A DNA stretch of 28,718 bases from a virus (taxonomy: Duplodnaviria; Caudoviricetes). The position numbers were made by a program, and so were the translations under genes. This document shows positions 17,988-26,211 of this stretch, piece after piece; within the stretch, counting starts at the first letter, position 1, and each line of letters opens with the position of its first letter. Under the pieces are notes generated by a model that worked only from the letters and a program-made list of their open reading frames with translations, did not search any database and was not told where the DNA came from. The stretch is taken from positions 1 through 28,718 of the IMG/VR virus record IMGVR_UViG_3300012000_000097. One strand, given 5' to 3'.

Positions 17988-19790
17988 ATGACAGTTTCAG
18001 TAGATATTGACTCCGCTGGAGAGAATATCCTCATCAACGCTGACTGGCGCTATAAAGAACTGTGTAAGAGCCTTCCAGGGGCCTCCTGGAGCCCTAAAGA
18101 GCAGGTCTGGCGTGCTCCTTTAAGTTGGACCACTTGTCTTGCTTTACGCTCCACATTTCGCAATGATTTAGAGATTCAGCCGTCTTTAGCGGCTTGGGCT
18201 GGAAGCCTTCTAGAAACCCGTATAAACCCTTCTAACGCCCTTAGAGAGTTGGAGTCATATGAAGGTGACCCTGTTTTATTTCCTCATCAAAGGGCTGGCG
18301 TAGCCTTTCTCAGCACAGCAAGACGAGCACTCCTAGCCGATGAACCAGGGCTTGGTAAGACTGCTCAGGCTATCCGTGCACTCAAGGAACTGCACGATAA
18401 AGGTGAAGATATTTTTCCTATTTTGATTGTTTGCCCTAATACCCTTAAGAAGAACTGGGCTCGTGAGTTTAATATTTGGTGGCCAGGGGTAATAACTCAG
18501 GTTATCAAGGGGTCAGCAGTTCAACGAAAAAACCAGTTTGAGGAGCCAGCACAGGTATTTATTATCAACTGGGAGTCTTTGCGCTCTCACTCAAGACTAT
18601 CGGGATATGGCTCTATCGCTTTGACTCGTTGCAAGGCTTGTGGCGGTCAAGATGAGAAAACTACAGAGGCTCGTTGCGAAGTCCACTTGCGAGAGTTAAA
18701 TGGAATTAATTTTAAGGCTGTAATTGCTGACGAGATTCACCGCTCTAAAGACCCTAAGTCAAAGCAAAGTCGTGCTCTTTGGGCTGCTACAGGAGATGCG
18801 GATATTCGTTTTGCACTTACTGGAACACCTATTGCTAATAATGTTGTTGATTTATGGGCAATTCTTCACTGGCTATCTCCTAAAGACTGGCCTTCAAAGA
18901 CAAAGTGGATTGACCGAATGGTTGACACAATGCTCAATGCTTTTGGCGGAATGATGGTTCTTGGAGTCAAAGCGCATATGCAGGACGAGTTTTATAAGAG
19001 CGTTAATCCTTATATGCGTCGTATGTTAAAGAAAGTCGTGCTTCCGCATTTGCCGCCAGTAATGAATGAACGCCGCGATGTGGAAATGTCTACAAAGCAA
19101 AAGAAAGCATACGAGCAGATGCGTGATTTAATGATTGCTGAACTTGGCGATGAAGGCGATGTTGTTACTGCACCTAGCGTTTTAACACAAACAATTAGGT
19201 TGTTGCAGTTTGCTAGTTCATACGCTACTTTAGAAGTTGATGAAACTACTGGAGAGCAAAAGACTATCCTAAATGCTCCTTCTTGCAAGATTGATGCGTT
19301 GATGGAGGACATTGAAAATGGCGACTTTGGCGATGACTCTGTTGCTGTTTCGGCTGTGTCTAAGCAACTTATCAATCTTCTTAGTGCAGAACTTACAAAG
19401 AAGAAGATTGCTCACGGGCTGATTACTGGCGACCAAGACGAAGACGAGCGTCAACAAGCAGTAGATGATTTCCAAGCAGGAAAAATTAAATGGATTTTAT
19501 TTACGGCACAGGCTGGCGGTGTTGGTATTACCTTGACTGCTGCTCGTAGATTGATTATGCTTCAACGACCTTGGTCTCTTGTTGATTACAAACAAGTTCT
19601 TGATAGAGTCCATCGTATTGGTAGTGAAGTGCATGACTCAATCGTTATCACTGACTATGTCACAGATGGAACAATCGAGGAGCGAGTTATTCAAGTTCTT
19701 GAAACTAAAGCCGACAACTTTGAGCAAATTGTTAGGGATAAAAACCAACTGCTCAAACTTCTACAAGACGATAAGGCAGGAAAACTATGA
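17988..19790 (+). CDS. SNF2-family (SF2) DNA helicase with Zn-binding insertion
   Basis: Motifs LADEPGLGKT, DEIH, LTGTP, AGGVGITL and Q..DRVHRIG, with a CKAC...CEVH insert. ATG 17988 follows AGGAG. Confidence 0.92.
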   Translation: MTVSVDIDSAGENILINADWRYKELCKSLPGASWSPKEQVWRAPLSWTTCLALRSTFRNDLEIQPSLAAWAGSLLETRINPSNALRELESYEGDPVLFPHQRAGVAFLSTARRALLADEPGLGKTAQAIRALKELHDKGEDIFPILIVCPNTLKKNWAREFNIWWPGVITQVIKGSAVQRKNQFEEPAQVFIINWESLRSHSRLSGYGSIALTRCKACGGQDEKTTEARCEVHLRELNGINFKAVIADEIHRSKDPKSKQSRALWAATGDADIRFALTGTPIANNVVDLWAILHWLSPKDWPSKTKWIDRMVDTMLNAFGGMMVLGVKAHMQDEFYKSVNPYMRRMLKKVVLPHLPPVMNERRDVEMSTKQKKAYEQMRDLMIAELGDEGDVVTAPSVLTQTIRLLQFASSYATLEVDETTGEQKTILNAPSCKIDALMEDIENGDFGDDSVAVSAVSKQLINLLSAELTKKKIAHGLITGDQDEDERQQAVDDFQAGKIKWILFTAQAGGVGITLTAARRLIMLQRPWSLVDYKQVLDRVHRIGSEVHDSIVITDYVTDGTIEERVIQVLETKADNFEQIVRDKNQLLKLLQDDKAGKL

Positions 19791-20716
19791 GTGAAATCGT
19801 AAGACTTTCAAACTCAGAACTACAAACATTTAAAGACTGTCGCCGTCGTTGGTGGCTTACTTACTATCGCCGTCTAAAGCCTAAGCAACAAGATATGACT
19901 GGCGCATTAGCACTTGGTAGTCGTATTCACCAAGCGTTGGATGACCATTATGCAAAAGGCATACCTTTACTAAAAGCACACTCTGACTTAGTTGAAATTG
20001 ATAAGCAACTACTTCTTGCAGATTTTCGTGATGTAGCAAACTTAGAAACTGAAGCCGAACTTGGTCGCATCATGCTTGAGGGATACGAAGAGTGGGTTGC
20101 AGAAAATGGTATTGACGCAGAGTTAGAAATGATTTCTACAGAAGAAACAATTATTGCTCCACTCTTTGGGGGAGAAGTTGAACTTCAAGGTAAGTTAGAT
20201 ATGCGTGTTCGTCGCAAGGCTGATGGCGTGCGTATGTTCCGCGACTTTAAGACTGTTGGAGGCTCTCTTGCAGAGTTCTCAAACATGGCACATATGAACG
20301 AGCAGGTTATGACTTATATGCTTCTTGAATCAACTAAAGTTGATGAAAAAGAGCGTAGCGATGGCGGAATTTTTACATTGCTAAAGAAGGTTCGTCGCTC
20401 TGCTGCCGCAAAGCCACCTTTTTATGACCAAGTAGAAATTCGACATAACGTATTTACTTTGCGTTCTTTTTGGAATAGAATTCACGGAACGATTGCAGAT
20501 TTGATGAGAGTAAGAACAGCATTAGACAATGGTGAAGACCACGCATTTAATGCGTATCCAAAACCAAGTCGTGACTGTAAATGGAAATGCCAGTTTTTCA
20601 CTATATGCCCAATGTTCGACGACGGAAGCGCTGCCGAACAAGCACTTAGTGAAATGTATGAGGAAACAGACCCTTATGCATATTATGGAACAAACGAAAC
20701 AAAAGGAAGCGAGTGA
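19787..20716 (+). CDS. PD-(D/E)XK exonuclease (Cas4/AddB-like, probable Fe-S cluster)
   Basis: N-terminal C (DCRRRW), G..IH, GKLD, DFKT and C-terminal CKWKC..F..IC. Confidence 0.85.
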   Translation: MSEIVRLSNSELQTFKDCRRRWWLTYYRRLKPKQQDMTGALALGSRIHQALDDHYAKGIPLLKAHSDLVEIDKQLLLADFRDVANLETEAELGRIMLEGYEEWVAENGIDAELEMISTEETIIAPLFGGEVELQGKLDMRVRRKADGVRMFRDFKTVGGSLAEFSNMAHMNEQVMTYMLLESTKVDEKERSDGGIFTLLKKVRRSAAAKPPFYDQVEIRHNVFTLRSFWNRIHGTIADLMRVRTALDNGEDHAFNAYPKPSRDCKWKCQFFTICPMFDDGSAAEQALSEMYEETDPYAYYGTNETKGSE

Positions 20717-20721
20717 CATAT

Positions 20722-21486
20722 ATGAGCGAAATTCAACGCTCTTTGACGGTTATGGTTTATGGGGAATCAAAGGTTGGTAAATCATCCTTTGCTGTAACTG
20801 CACCATACCCACGACTCATGCTTGACGTTGAGGGTGGACACCGCTTCCTCCCTATCGTCGTTAAGTACTGGGACCCACTGCGAGAGGAACCACCTATTGC
20901 AGATGGAACTTGGGATACTTGCGTAGTCACAGTTCGTGATTACGACACGGTCATTAAGACATATCAATGGCTACAACTTGGTCGCCATCATTTCAAGAGT
21001 TTGATTATTGATTCAATCTCTGAACTACAAGTGAAATGTATGGACAGCATCGCAGGTAACGAACAAATGAAGATGCAGCAGTGGGGCGAATTACTTCGTC
21101 ACATGGGCGGCTTACTACGAGATTTGCGTGACCTTACAATGCACGCAACAAACCCTCTTGAAGCAGTAGTACTTACTGCTATGTCAAGAACAAGTCAGGA
21201 TGGCCGTCACCGTCCTTATTTGCAGGGGCAATTAGCAATTCAAGCACCATATTTCTACGACATTCTTGGTGCTCTTACAGTGGAAACGGTTCCTAATCCA
21301 GACCCAATGCAAGGGCCATACAAAGTTCGTCGTATGTATGTTGAACGAACAAATGAATACGAAGCAGGAGAGCGTGTTCAGGGTCGTCTTGGTTCAATTG
21401 TTGAACAAGATAAACTCTCCATCGAGGTTATGCTTAACACTATTTTTGGTGAAAAGCAGACAACAGAAAAAACAACTAAGGAATAG
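20722..21486 (+). CDS. AAA_24 / Sak4-like ATPase (recombinase)
   Basis: Walker A YGESKVGKS, LDVEGG and IIDSISE. Lies between the exonuclease and SSB genes. Alternative GTG start at 20713. Confidence 0.8.
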   Translation: MSEIQRSLTVMVYGESKVGKSSFAVTAPYPRLMLDVEGGHRFLPIVVKYWDPLREEPPIADGTWDTCVVTVRDYDTVIKTYQWLQLGRHHFKSLIIDSISELQVKCMDSIAGNEQMKMQQWGELLRHMGGLLRDLRDLTMHATNPLEAVVLTAMSRTSQDGRHRPYLQGQLAIQAPYFYDILGALTVETVPNPDPMQGPYKVRRMYVERTNEYEAGERVQGRLGSIVEQDKLSIEVMLNTIFGEKQTTEKTTKE

Positions 21487-21492
21487 GAAGCC

Positions 21493-22023
21493 ATGAGTAC
21501 ACTAAATTGGGCGGACTTGGTCCGCGATGCTGGTGAGTCAAGCAGTTACGAACCACTACCAGACGGCGATTACGACGTCGTTGTAGTTGAAGCAACTGCA
21601 AAAGTTACACAGAGCGGAAAGACTATGTTCTCTGTGAAAACACAGGTTGAAGGTGGACCACACAATAAGCGCCTTGTTTGGGATAACTTAGTGGTTTCCC
21701 CTGAAAACAATGCAGCCATGGGTATCTTCTTTAAGAAGATGCACGCACTAGGAATCCCTCGTGATTTCTTCTTGCAATCTCCATCAAACGCTCAGATTGA
21801 GCAAGCCATCAATGGTCGTCGTTTCCGAGCACAGGTCGGAACTCGCACATGGAATGGCACAAAGAAGAACGAAATCAAGAACTACTATCCAGTAGTTTCT
21901 GGTCAGGCACCAGCAGCAACGCCAACAATGGCAGCACCTGCACCTGCACCTGCTCCAGCGCCAGCACCTGCTCCTGCGCCAGCACCTGCTTCAGCAACAC
22001 AGGCTCCAGCAGCACCGTTCTAA
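21493..22023 (+). CDS. DUF669-like single-stranded DNA-binding protein
   Basis: YEPLPDGDY.V.V...TQSGK.M and NEIK motifs, a low-complexity tail ending in PF, and the exonuclease-Sak4-SSB gene order. Confidence 0.75.
   Translation: MSTLNWADLVRDAGESSSYEPLPDGDYDVVVVEATAKVTQSGKTMFSVKTQVEGGPHNKRLVWDNLVVSPENNAAMGIFFKKMHALGIPRDFFLQSPSNAQIEQAINGRRFRAQVGTRTWNGTKKNEIKNYYPVVSGQAPAATPTMAAPAPAPAPAPAPAPAPAPASATQAPAAPF
21931..21990 (+). repeat. Degenerate 6-bp GCWCCW-type tandem repeat encoding an (AP)n linker
   Basis: GCACCTGCACCTGCTCCAGCGCCAGCACCT..., in frame within the SSB gene. Confidence 0.85.
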
Positions 22024-22029
22024 TAATGA

Positions 22030-22072
22030 TGCTAGGAACCGCCCAACGTTTATCGTTGGGTGGTTCTTGGCA
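22030..22072 (+). terminator. 19-bp RNA hairpin (terminator without U-tract, or RNase III site)
   Basis: TGCTAGGAACCGCCCAACG-TTTAT-CGTTGGGTGGTTCTTGGCA. All three non-Watson-Crick pairs are G-U on the + strand. Confidence 0.7.
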
Positions 22073-22089
22073 ATTAGGAAAGAGGATTA

Positions 22090-23115
22090 ATGAAAGTTTT
22101 TATGACAGGCTGTACTTCTCCACAAGCCTCTAAAACTGCAAGTGAGAGTCTTCCTTCTTTTGCTGGAATTGTTTATCTTGCTTTAACCCAGTCTGGATGT
22201 GATGTTACTTGGGCAGACCCATCAATCAAAATGGATAAGGATTATTTATCTCAGTTTGATGTGGTACTTGTCGGTATATCTTCCCCAATGGGACTAACTT
22301 CTCATAGGCTATATGGCGCTTTGTCCGTAGTAAACATTGCTTATGAACTTGGAACTTTATCTTTATTTGTTGATGCTCCAGAACCACACAAGGTGTGGAA
22401 TGGTCTAAGAGGTGGGTATAAGAACCCTAAAGACCTTGTAAAAGATTTTTATATAAAGCGTAAAGAGTTTAATGACACCCTTGAACCAAAGAACTTTGAA
22501 AAAGTTTTTGCTGGACTATCAAAACTTTACACAGAGATTTGGCCTAAAACAATTATTCCAGGGTATCCGTGGACAAAGCCAGAATCTATTATTAAATATA
22601 TCCCCAATGTTGACCCTAACAATGTATTTGCTTTAGTCCCAGACGCAGCGCTTCTTAACATTGAAAGAGGTTCTAGAGGACTTGCTGATGGCGGATATTG
22701 GTGCGTTGATGACTCTAAGACAGATTGGTTTAAGAAAACAGAAAAGCACCTAACTCATAAAACTATGCAGTATCGAGATGGTAGAACAGAAACTAATCAA
22801 GATATTCTAGTAAAACTAAATAATGCAACTGGTGCTCTTATCTCAACATATCGTGATGGTGCTTCTTGGTGGCTTCCTAGTCTTGCTCAGGCGTTGTTTG
22901 TTGGTGTCCCTGTAGTCACTGACTGGAGACTTACTGTCAACATGGGACCTGAATGGGGGGTTTTACCTTTTGTTGTTGAAGAGATGTCTAGAGAAGAACG
23001 ATTAGTTCACGCTAATACTCAAAAAGAGTTGTACAAAAACAATATTCCAACTTGGGAAGTATTTAAAAATTCTATAGTTGAAACCTTGTTTGAAAAAGAC
23101 TACGCTACTAACTAA
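22090..23115 (+). CDS. Putative GT-B fold glycosyltransferase (possible DNA-base modifier)
   Basis: Rossmann-like N-terminus MKVFMTG, FDVVLVG, and C-terminal GALI..Y...SWW...AQAL..GVPVVTD resembling the GT-B nucleotide-sugar-binding half. Located in the replication region. Confidence 0.5.
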   Translation: MKVFMTGCTSPQASKTASESLPSFAGIVYLALTQSGCDVTWADPSIKMDKDYLSQFDVVLVGISSPMGLTSHRLYGALSVVNIAYELGTLSLFVDAPEPHKVWNGLRGGYKNPKDLVKDFYIKRKEFNDTLEPKNFEKVFAGLSKLYTEIWPKTIIPGYPWTKPESIIKYIPNVDPNNVFALVPDAALLNIERGSRGLADGGYWCVDDSKTDWFKKTEKHLTHKTMQYRDGRTETNQDILVKLNNATGALISTYRDGASWWLPSLAQALFVGVPVVTDWRLTVNMGPEWGVLPFVVEEMSREERLVHANTQKELYKNNIPTWEVFKNSIVETLFEKDYATN

Positions 23116-23134
23116 GCAGATATAGGAGACGAAC

Positions 23135-23554
23135 ATGGCTGAAGTAGACAATGATTGGGTGAGAAGTCAACTCACCGAGAATAAAACAAAGAAAGTTGTT
23201 GGAGATTCAGTTTTAAAACTTCTTGCTAGTTGGGAACAACTAAAGCAACCAACAGATAAAAATGCTAAAGAAATTATTAACATCTTTAGTAAGTTGGCTT
23301 TAGGGCACTCAATTGTTGAAAATAATCCTAATGAAACTTGGGTAGCAGCCCAGGCTGGATTTATTAAAGTAGCCGACACGGTTCGAGTTCGTAGCAATGC
23401 TTTTGATGGAGAACAAGGTAAAGCATATAACGGACGCAGGGGACGAGTTGTTGGAGTTCGTTATGGAGATGTCATTGTTAAGACAGACGATGGCAAAGTC
23501 CCAGTGTTAGATGGAATTCACTTTAAACCAGAAAACTTAGAAAAGTTGGTTTAA
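23135..23554 (+). CDS. Hypothetical protein with C-terminal KOW/SH3-like beta domain
   Basis: RBS AGGAG. Contains D.VRV...NGRRGRVVGVRYGDVIV. Confidence 0.6.
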   Translation: MAEVDNDWVRSQLTENKTKKVVGDSVLKLLASWEQLKQPTDKNAKEIINIFSKLALGHSIVENNPNETWVAAQAGFIKVADTVRVRSNAFDGEQGKAYNGRRGRVVGVRYGDVIVKTDDGKVPVLDGIHFKPENLEKLV

Positions 23555-23556
23555 TA

Positions 23557-23757
23557 ATGCCAACAACTACATATAAGTTTTTTGTAAATGCAAAAAATCA
23601 TAGTGAAGTTGTCAGTATTGCTGAGGAAAAAATTAATGCATACACTGGCCCAACAATGTCTCATAATCTAACTTACGAAATTATTGTAGAAGATGATACA
23701 GACAACAAAACATATACCGCCCAAGTCATAGCGAGGATTAAAGATGAATACAGATAA
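23557..23757 (+). CDS. Hypothetical protein (66 aa)
   Basis: Tightly packed between neighbouring genes in the operon. Confidence 0.55.
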   Translation: MPTTTYKFFVNAKNHSEVVSIAEEKINAYTGPTMSHNLTYEIIVEDDTDNKTYTAQVIARIKDEYR

Positions 23758-24067
23758 TGAGACAACTCAGCAAAACCCTCTTCGTGTTGAAGCGCTAAGA
23801 GAAGCAGCAAAGATTATTTCTGGCGACAGAAACAAACAATACGGCGCTCCTGAAGATAACTTTGAAAGAACTGCTCAGATTTGGTCGGTAATCTTAGGTG
23901 TACCAATTAGTAATGAAGATGTGGCAATGATGATGGTTGGGCTCAAGGTGGCAAGGTATGCCTCTAAGTCTGGCTATCAACCTGACACATGGATTGATAT
24001 TGCGGGATATGCAGGATGCGGGTACGAGGTGGGCTCGCTAGAAAATAATAAAAAATCCAACAACTAA
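23744..24067 (+). CDS. DUF6378-like phage protein
   Basis: Signature L.EA..II.GDR..QYG.PEDNF...A..WS, DVAMMM..LKVAR and D..DIAGY. Confidence 0.8.
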   Translation: MNTDNETTQQNPLRVEALREAAKIISGDRNKQYGAPEDNFERTAQIWSVILGVPISNEDVAMMMVGLKVARYASKSGYQPDTWIDIAGYAGCGYEVGSLENNKKSNN

Positions 24068-24086
24068 TTTTTAAGAAAGGTTTCCC

Positions 24087-24350
24087 GTGTCCCGCAAACC
24101 TTGGGAATTTGAAAATCCAACCTGTGCAGAAGTTGGACTTGACGTTTTTTACATTCAAGATATAGATGAAGACCCAGAAACATCTATGTATGACCATAAA
24201 GAAGCAAGAAAACTTTGTGCTTTATGCATTCATAAAACAGACTGTGCTGAATGGGGAATTAACCACGAAGCATTTGGCATTTGGGGTGGTCTTACCCCTA
24301 GAGAAAGAGTTCAAATAAGACGGGCTAGGCACATCAATATTTCTCTATAG
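24087..24350 (+). CDS. whiB: WhiB-family transcription factor
   Basis: C...CALC-x5-C, GIWGGL and ER..IRR. GTG start after AGAAAGG. Confidence 0.9.
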   Translation: MSRKPWEFENPTCAEVGLDVFYIQDIDEDPETSMYDHKEARKLCALCIHKTDCAEWGINHEAFGIWGGLTPRERVQIRRARHINISL

Positions 24351-24409
24351 GATGCAAAATAGAGATAGAATTATGCTGTAAACCATACCTCTAGAAAGAG
24401 AGGTTTGAA

Positions 24410-24703
24410 ATGGCAGCAGAGCCTGTACTAAGTCCTATGGCTGTGTGCGAAATATGCTGGCTTCAAGATAACGCTAACTGGGAACCACAAAGCGTTAACG
24501 AAGAAGGCAACATTATGATGCGCCTTGTCGGGGTAAAAACCCCTGAAATTTTTGAGCCAGGAAATGTTGATGTCTGCTGTATGTGTGGCGCTATAACTAT
24601 TGCAGGAATATACGAACTTAAAGACCCACAAAAAGTTTATTTTCTTACTGACGACTCAGCCAAGGATTTTGAATACGAATTTGATACCATAGACGACGAG
24701 TAG
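24410..24703 (+). CDS. Small Zn-finger-like protein with acidic tail
   Basis: CEIC and CCMC motifs. RBS GAGAGG. Confidence 0.6.
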   Translation: MAAEPVLSPMAVCEICWLQDNANWEPQSVNEEGNIMMRLVGVKTPEIFEPGNVDVCCMCGAITIAGIYELKDPQKVYFLTDDSAKDFEYEFDTIDDE

Positions 24704-24718
24704 ATTCGGAGTCTGGTA

Positions 24719-25057
24719 ATGGCAAAAGACACACGGCACGGGGAACACCTGTGGTCTGAGTGGTCAGGTTGTGGGCTTCCCCAGGAACGAAGCGACTCCC
24801 TTATTTACTTCACTATTGACCATATTGACGTCGAACATGAACTTATAAGAAAAGCATTGGCTTCTACAATTCAACGAGATGGAGTTGTTGATTCTTTAGG
24901 GGATGCCTTTAAGCGGCTTGAACTTTCAAAAGTTGTTTGCGGTTGGATAGGTACATTTGAAGAAGACACTGACCTTTACGCTTGCGATGAAACTGGCGAA
25001 ACTGAATATGGTGATATAGTTCAAGATATTCAACCAATTACATGGGTAGAAATTTAA
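24719..25057 (+). CDS. Acidic hypothetical protein
   Basis: 112 aa with a GGAG RBS, in operon context. Confidence 0.55.
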   Translation: MAKDTRHGEHLWSEWSGCGLPQERSDSLIYFTIDHIDVEHELIRKALASTIQRDGVVDSLGDAFKRLELSKVVCGWIGTFEEDTDLYACDETGETEYGDIVQDIQPITWVEI

Positions 25058-25101
25058 TAAAAATTAGTTTGCTTTAGTTACATAATTTTTAATATGTTTA
25101 G

Positions 25102-25118
25102 TGTATTATTATTGCATT
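25102..25118 (+). promoter_or_regulatory. Putative leaderless promoter (-10 TATTAT, 6 nt, ATG)
   Basis: AT-rich gap. TATTAT at 25107-25112 lies 6 nt before ATG 25119, and there is no SD. Confidence 0.5.
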
Positions 25119-25640
25119 ATGTGGAAGCCAGCAAATAGCCTTGAATGGCAAAGAGAAGCAGTGTGTGCATTACCTAAAAATAGGGAGTATATTGACTGGT
25201 TTTTTTCAAAGGACTTCTCAGAAAAATATGCGGCAAAGAATATGTGTTTTACTTGCCCTGTCCGTAAACAATGTCTTCAGTGGGCTCTAGAGCACCGTCA
25301 AATCTGGGGCGTGTGGGGCGGAAAAGACGAAGTAGAAATTCGTAGAGCGTTGTCAGTTTCATATTTAGGTGAAGAAACACGCAGACGCCGCTATCCAAAC
25401 TGCCCTCATTGCACAGCGCGACCAGGTAAGTTAGAAGTATCTATTGAACAACTTTCCACAACAGGGCGTTGGACTACAGCAAAAATTGTGACTTGCACTG
25501 AGTGTGGCTTTGCTTGGCGTAGTCGAACAAGTGCAAATGCGGTAGAAGCCTACAAGTTAGAGCGTGAAGATAAATTTGCTAAACAACTAAAAGAAAAAGA
25601 AAAACTACAAAGAAAAAATAAGCGAGTTAAGAAGTCTTAA
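25119..25640 (+). CDS. whiB: WhiB-family protein fused to a Zn ribbon and basic tail
   Basis: W...A.C, CFTCPVRKQC and GVWGG, followed by CPHC...CTEC and a K/R-rich C-terminus. Confidence 0.85.
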   Translation: MWKPANSLEWQREAVCALPKNREYIDWFFSKDFSEKYAAKNMCFTCPVRKQCLQWALEHRQIWGVWGGKDEVEIRRALSVSYLGEETRRRRYPNCPHCTARPGKLEVSIEQLSTTGRWTTAKIVTCTECGFAWRSRTSANAVEAYKLEREDKFAKQLKEKEKLQRKNKRVKKS

Positions 25641-26211
25641 CAAGCCAAACTTGTAATCCAATTTCTATAACTTTAAATTTATTAGAGTAGCAAAGCATTA
25701 TTGCATCAATTGCAGGTCTTGGTCGGTAGGCTGGACCTTTTCCTGCATCCCATTGGTAGTCATCAAACGCTAAAATACCTCCAACTTTTAAAGCCTCTAC
25801 AGCGTTCATACCATCTTTTAATACTGGTACGGCTTCGTGGTCTCCATCTATATAAATAAAGTCATATAAAATTTCAGGGTCTTTTGATGCAAAAAACTCA
25901 TCGCTAGTCATTTTCTTTTTAATAAGGCGACCAGATTTAACATACTCACCTGTCTGAGAATCGTAGGATTGTTCTACCTCATTCCAATCAAGCATATCGT
26001 GAGCAACCTCGTTAGAGCCTCCCCAAGTATCTACATCAGTTAATGTAGATTTTGAGTGAAGCAATATGTTATCTATAAGCCATTTAGATGCATCACCTTT
26101 ATATGCTCCAATTTGCAAACAATGAATTTCTTCAGTTCTTTTTGAAGACAAGTGTGTTTCAAAAATAAAAGGACCTCCTGATTGTAAAAACCAGTTAGGC
26201 ATTTCAGTCAT
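25627..26211 (-). CDS. Class I SAM-dependent methyltransferase (Methyltransf_24-like)
   Basis: Motifs LQIGAYKG.AS, VDTW.GS, DFIYIDGDH and LKVGGILAFDDY. Confidence 0.85.
   Translation of the reverse strand: MTEMPNWFLQSGGPFIFETHLSSKRTEEIHCLQIGAYKGDASKWLIDNILLHSKSTLTDVDTWGGSNEVAHDMLDWNEVEQSYDSQTGEYVKSGRLIKKKMTSDEFFASKDPEILYDFIYIDGDHEAVPVLKDGMNAVEALKVGGILAFDDYQWDAGKGPAYRPRPAIDAIMLCYSNKFKVIEIGLQVWLVKTS

Noticed and set aside
19787-20716. Cas4-like nuclease as evidence of a CRISPR system
   Set aside because: There is no repeat-spacer array or other cas gene. The context is the standard phage exonuclease-Sak4-SSB module.
21931-21990. Tandem repeat as an origin or phase-variation element
   Set aside because: Third positions vary while the Ala-Pro translation is preserved, so the constraint is on the protein.
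24387-24404. 6-bp hairpin ACCTCT/AGAGGT occluding the RBS of the 24410 gene
   Set aside because: Too short to distinguish from chance without conservation data.
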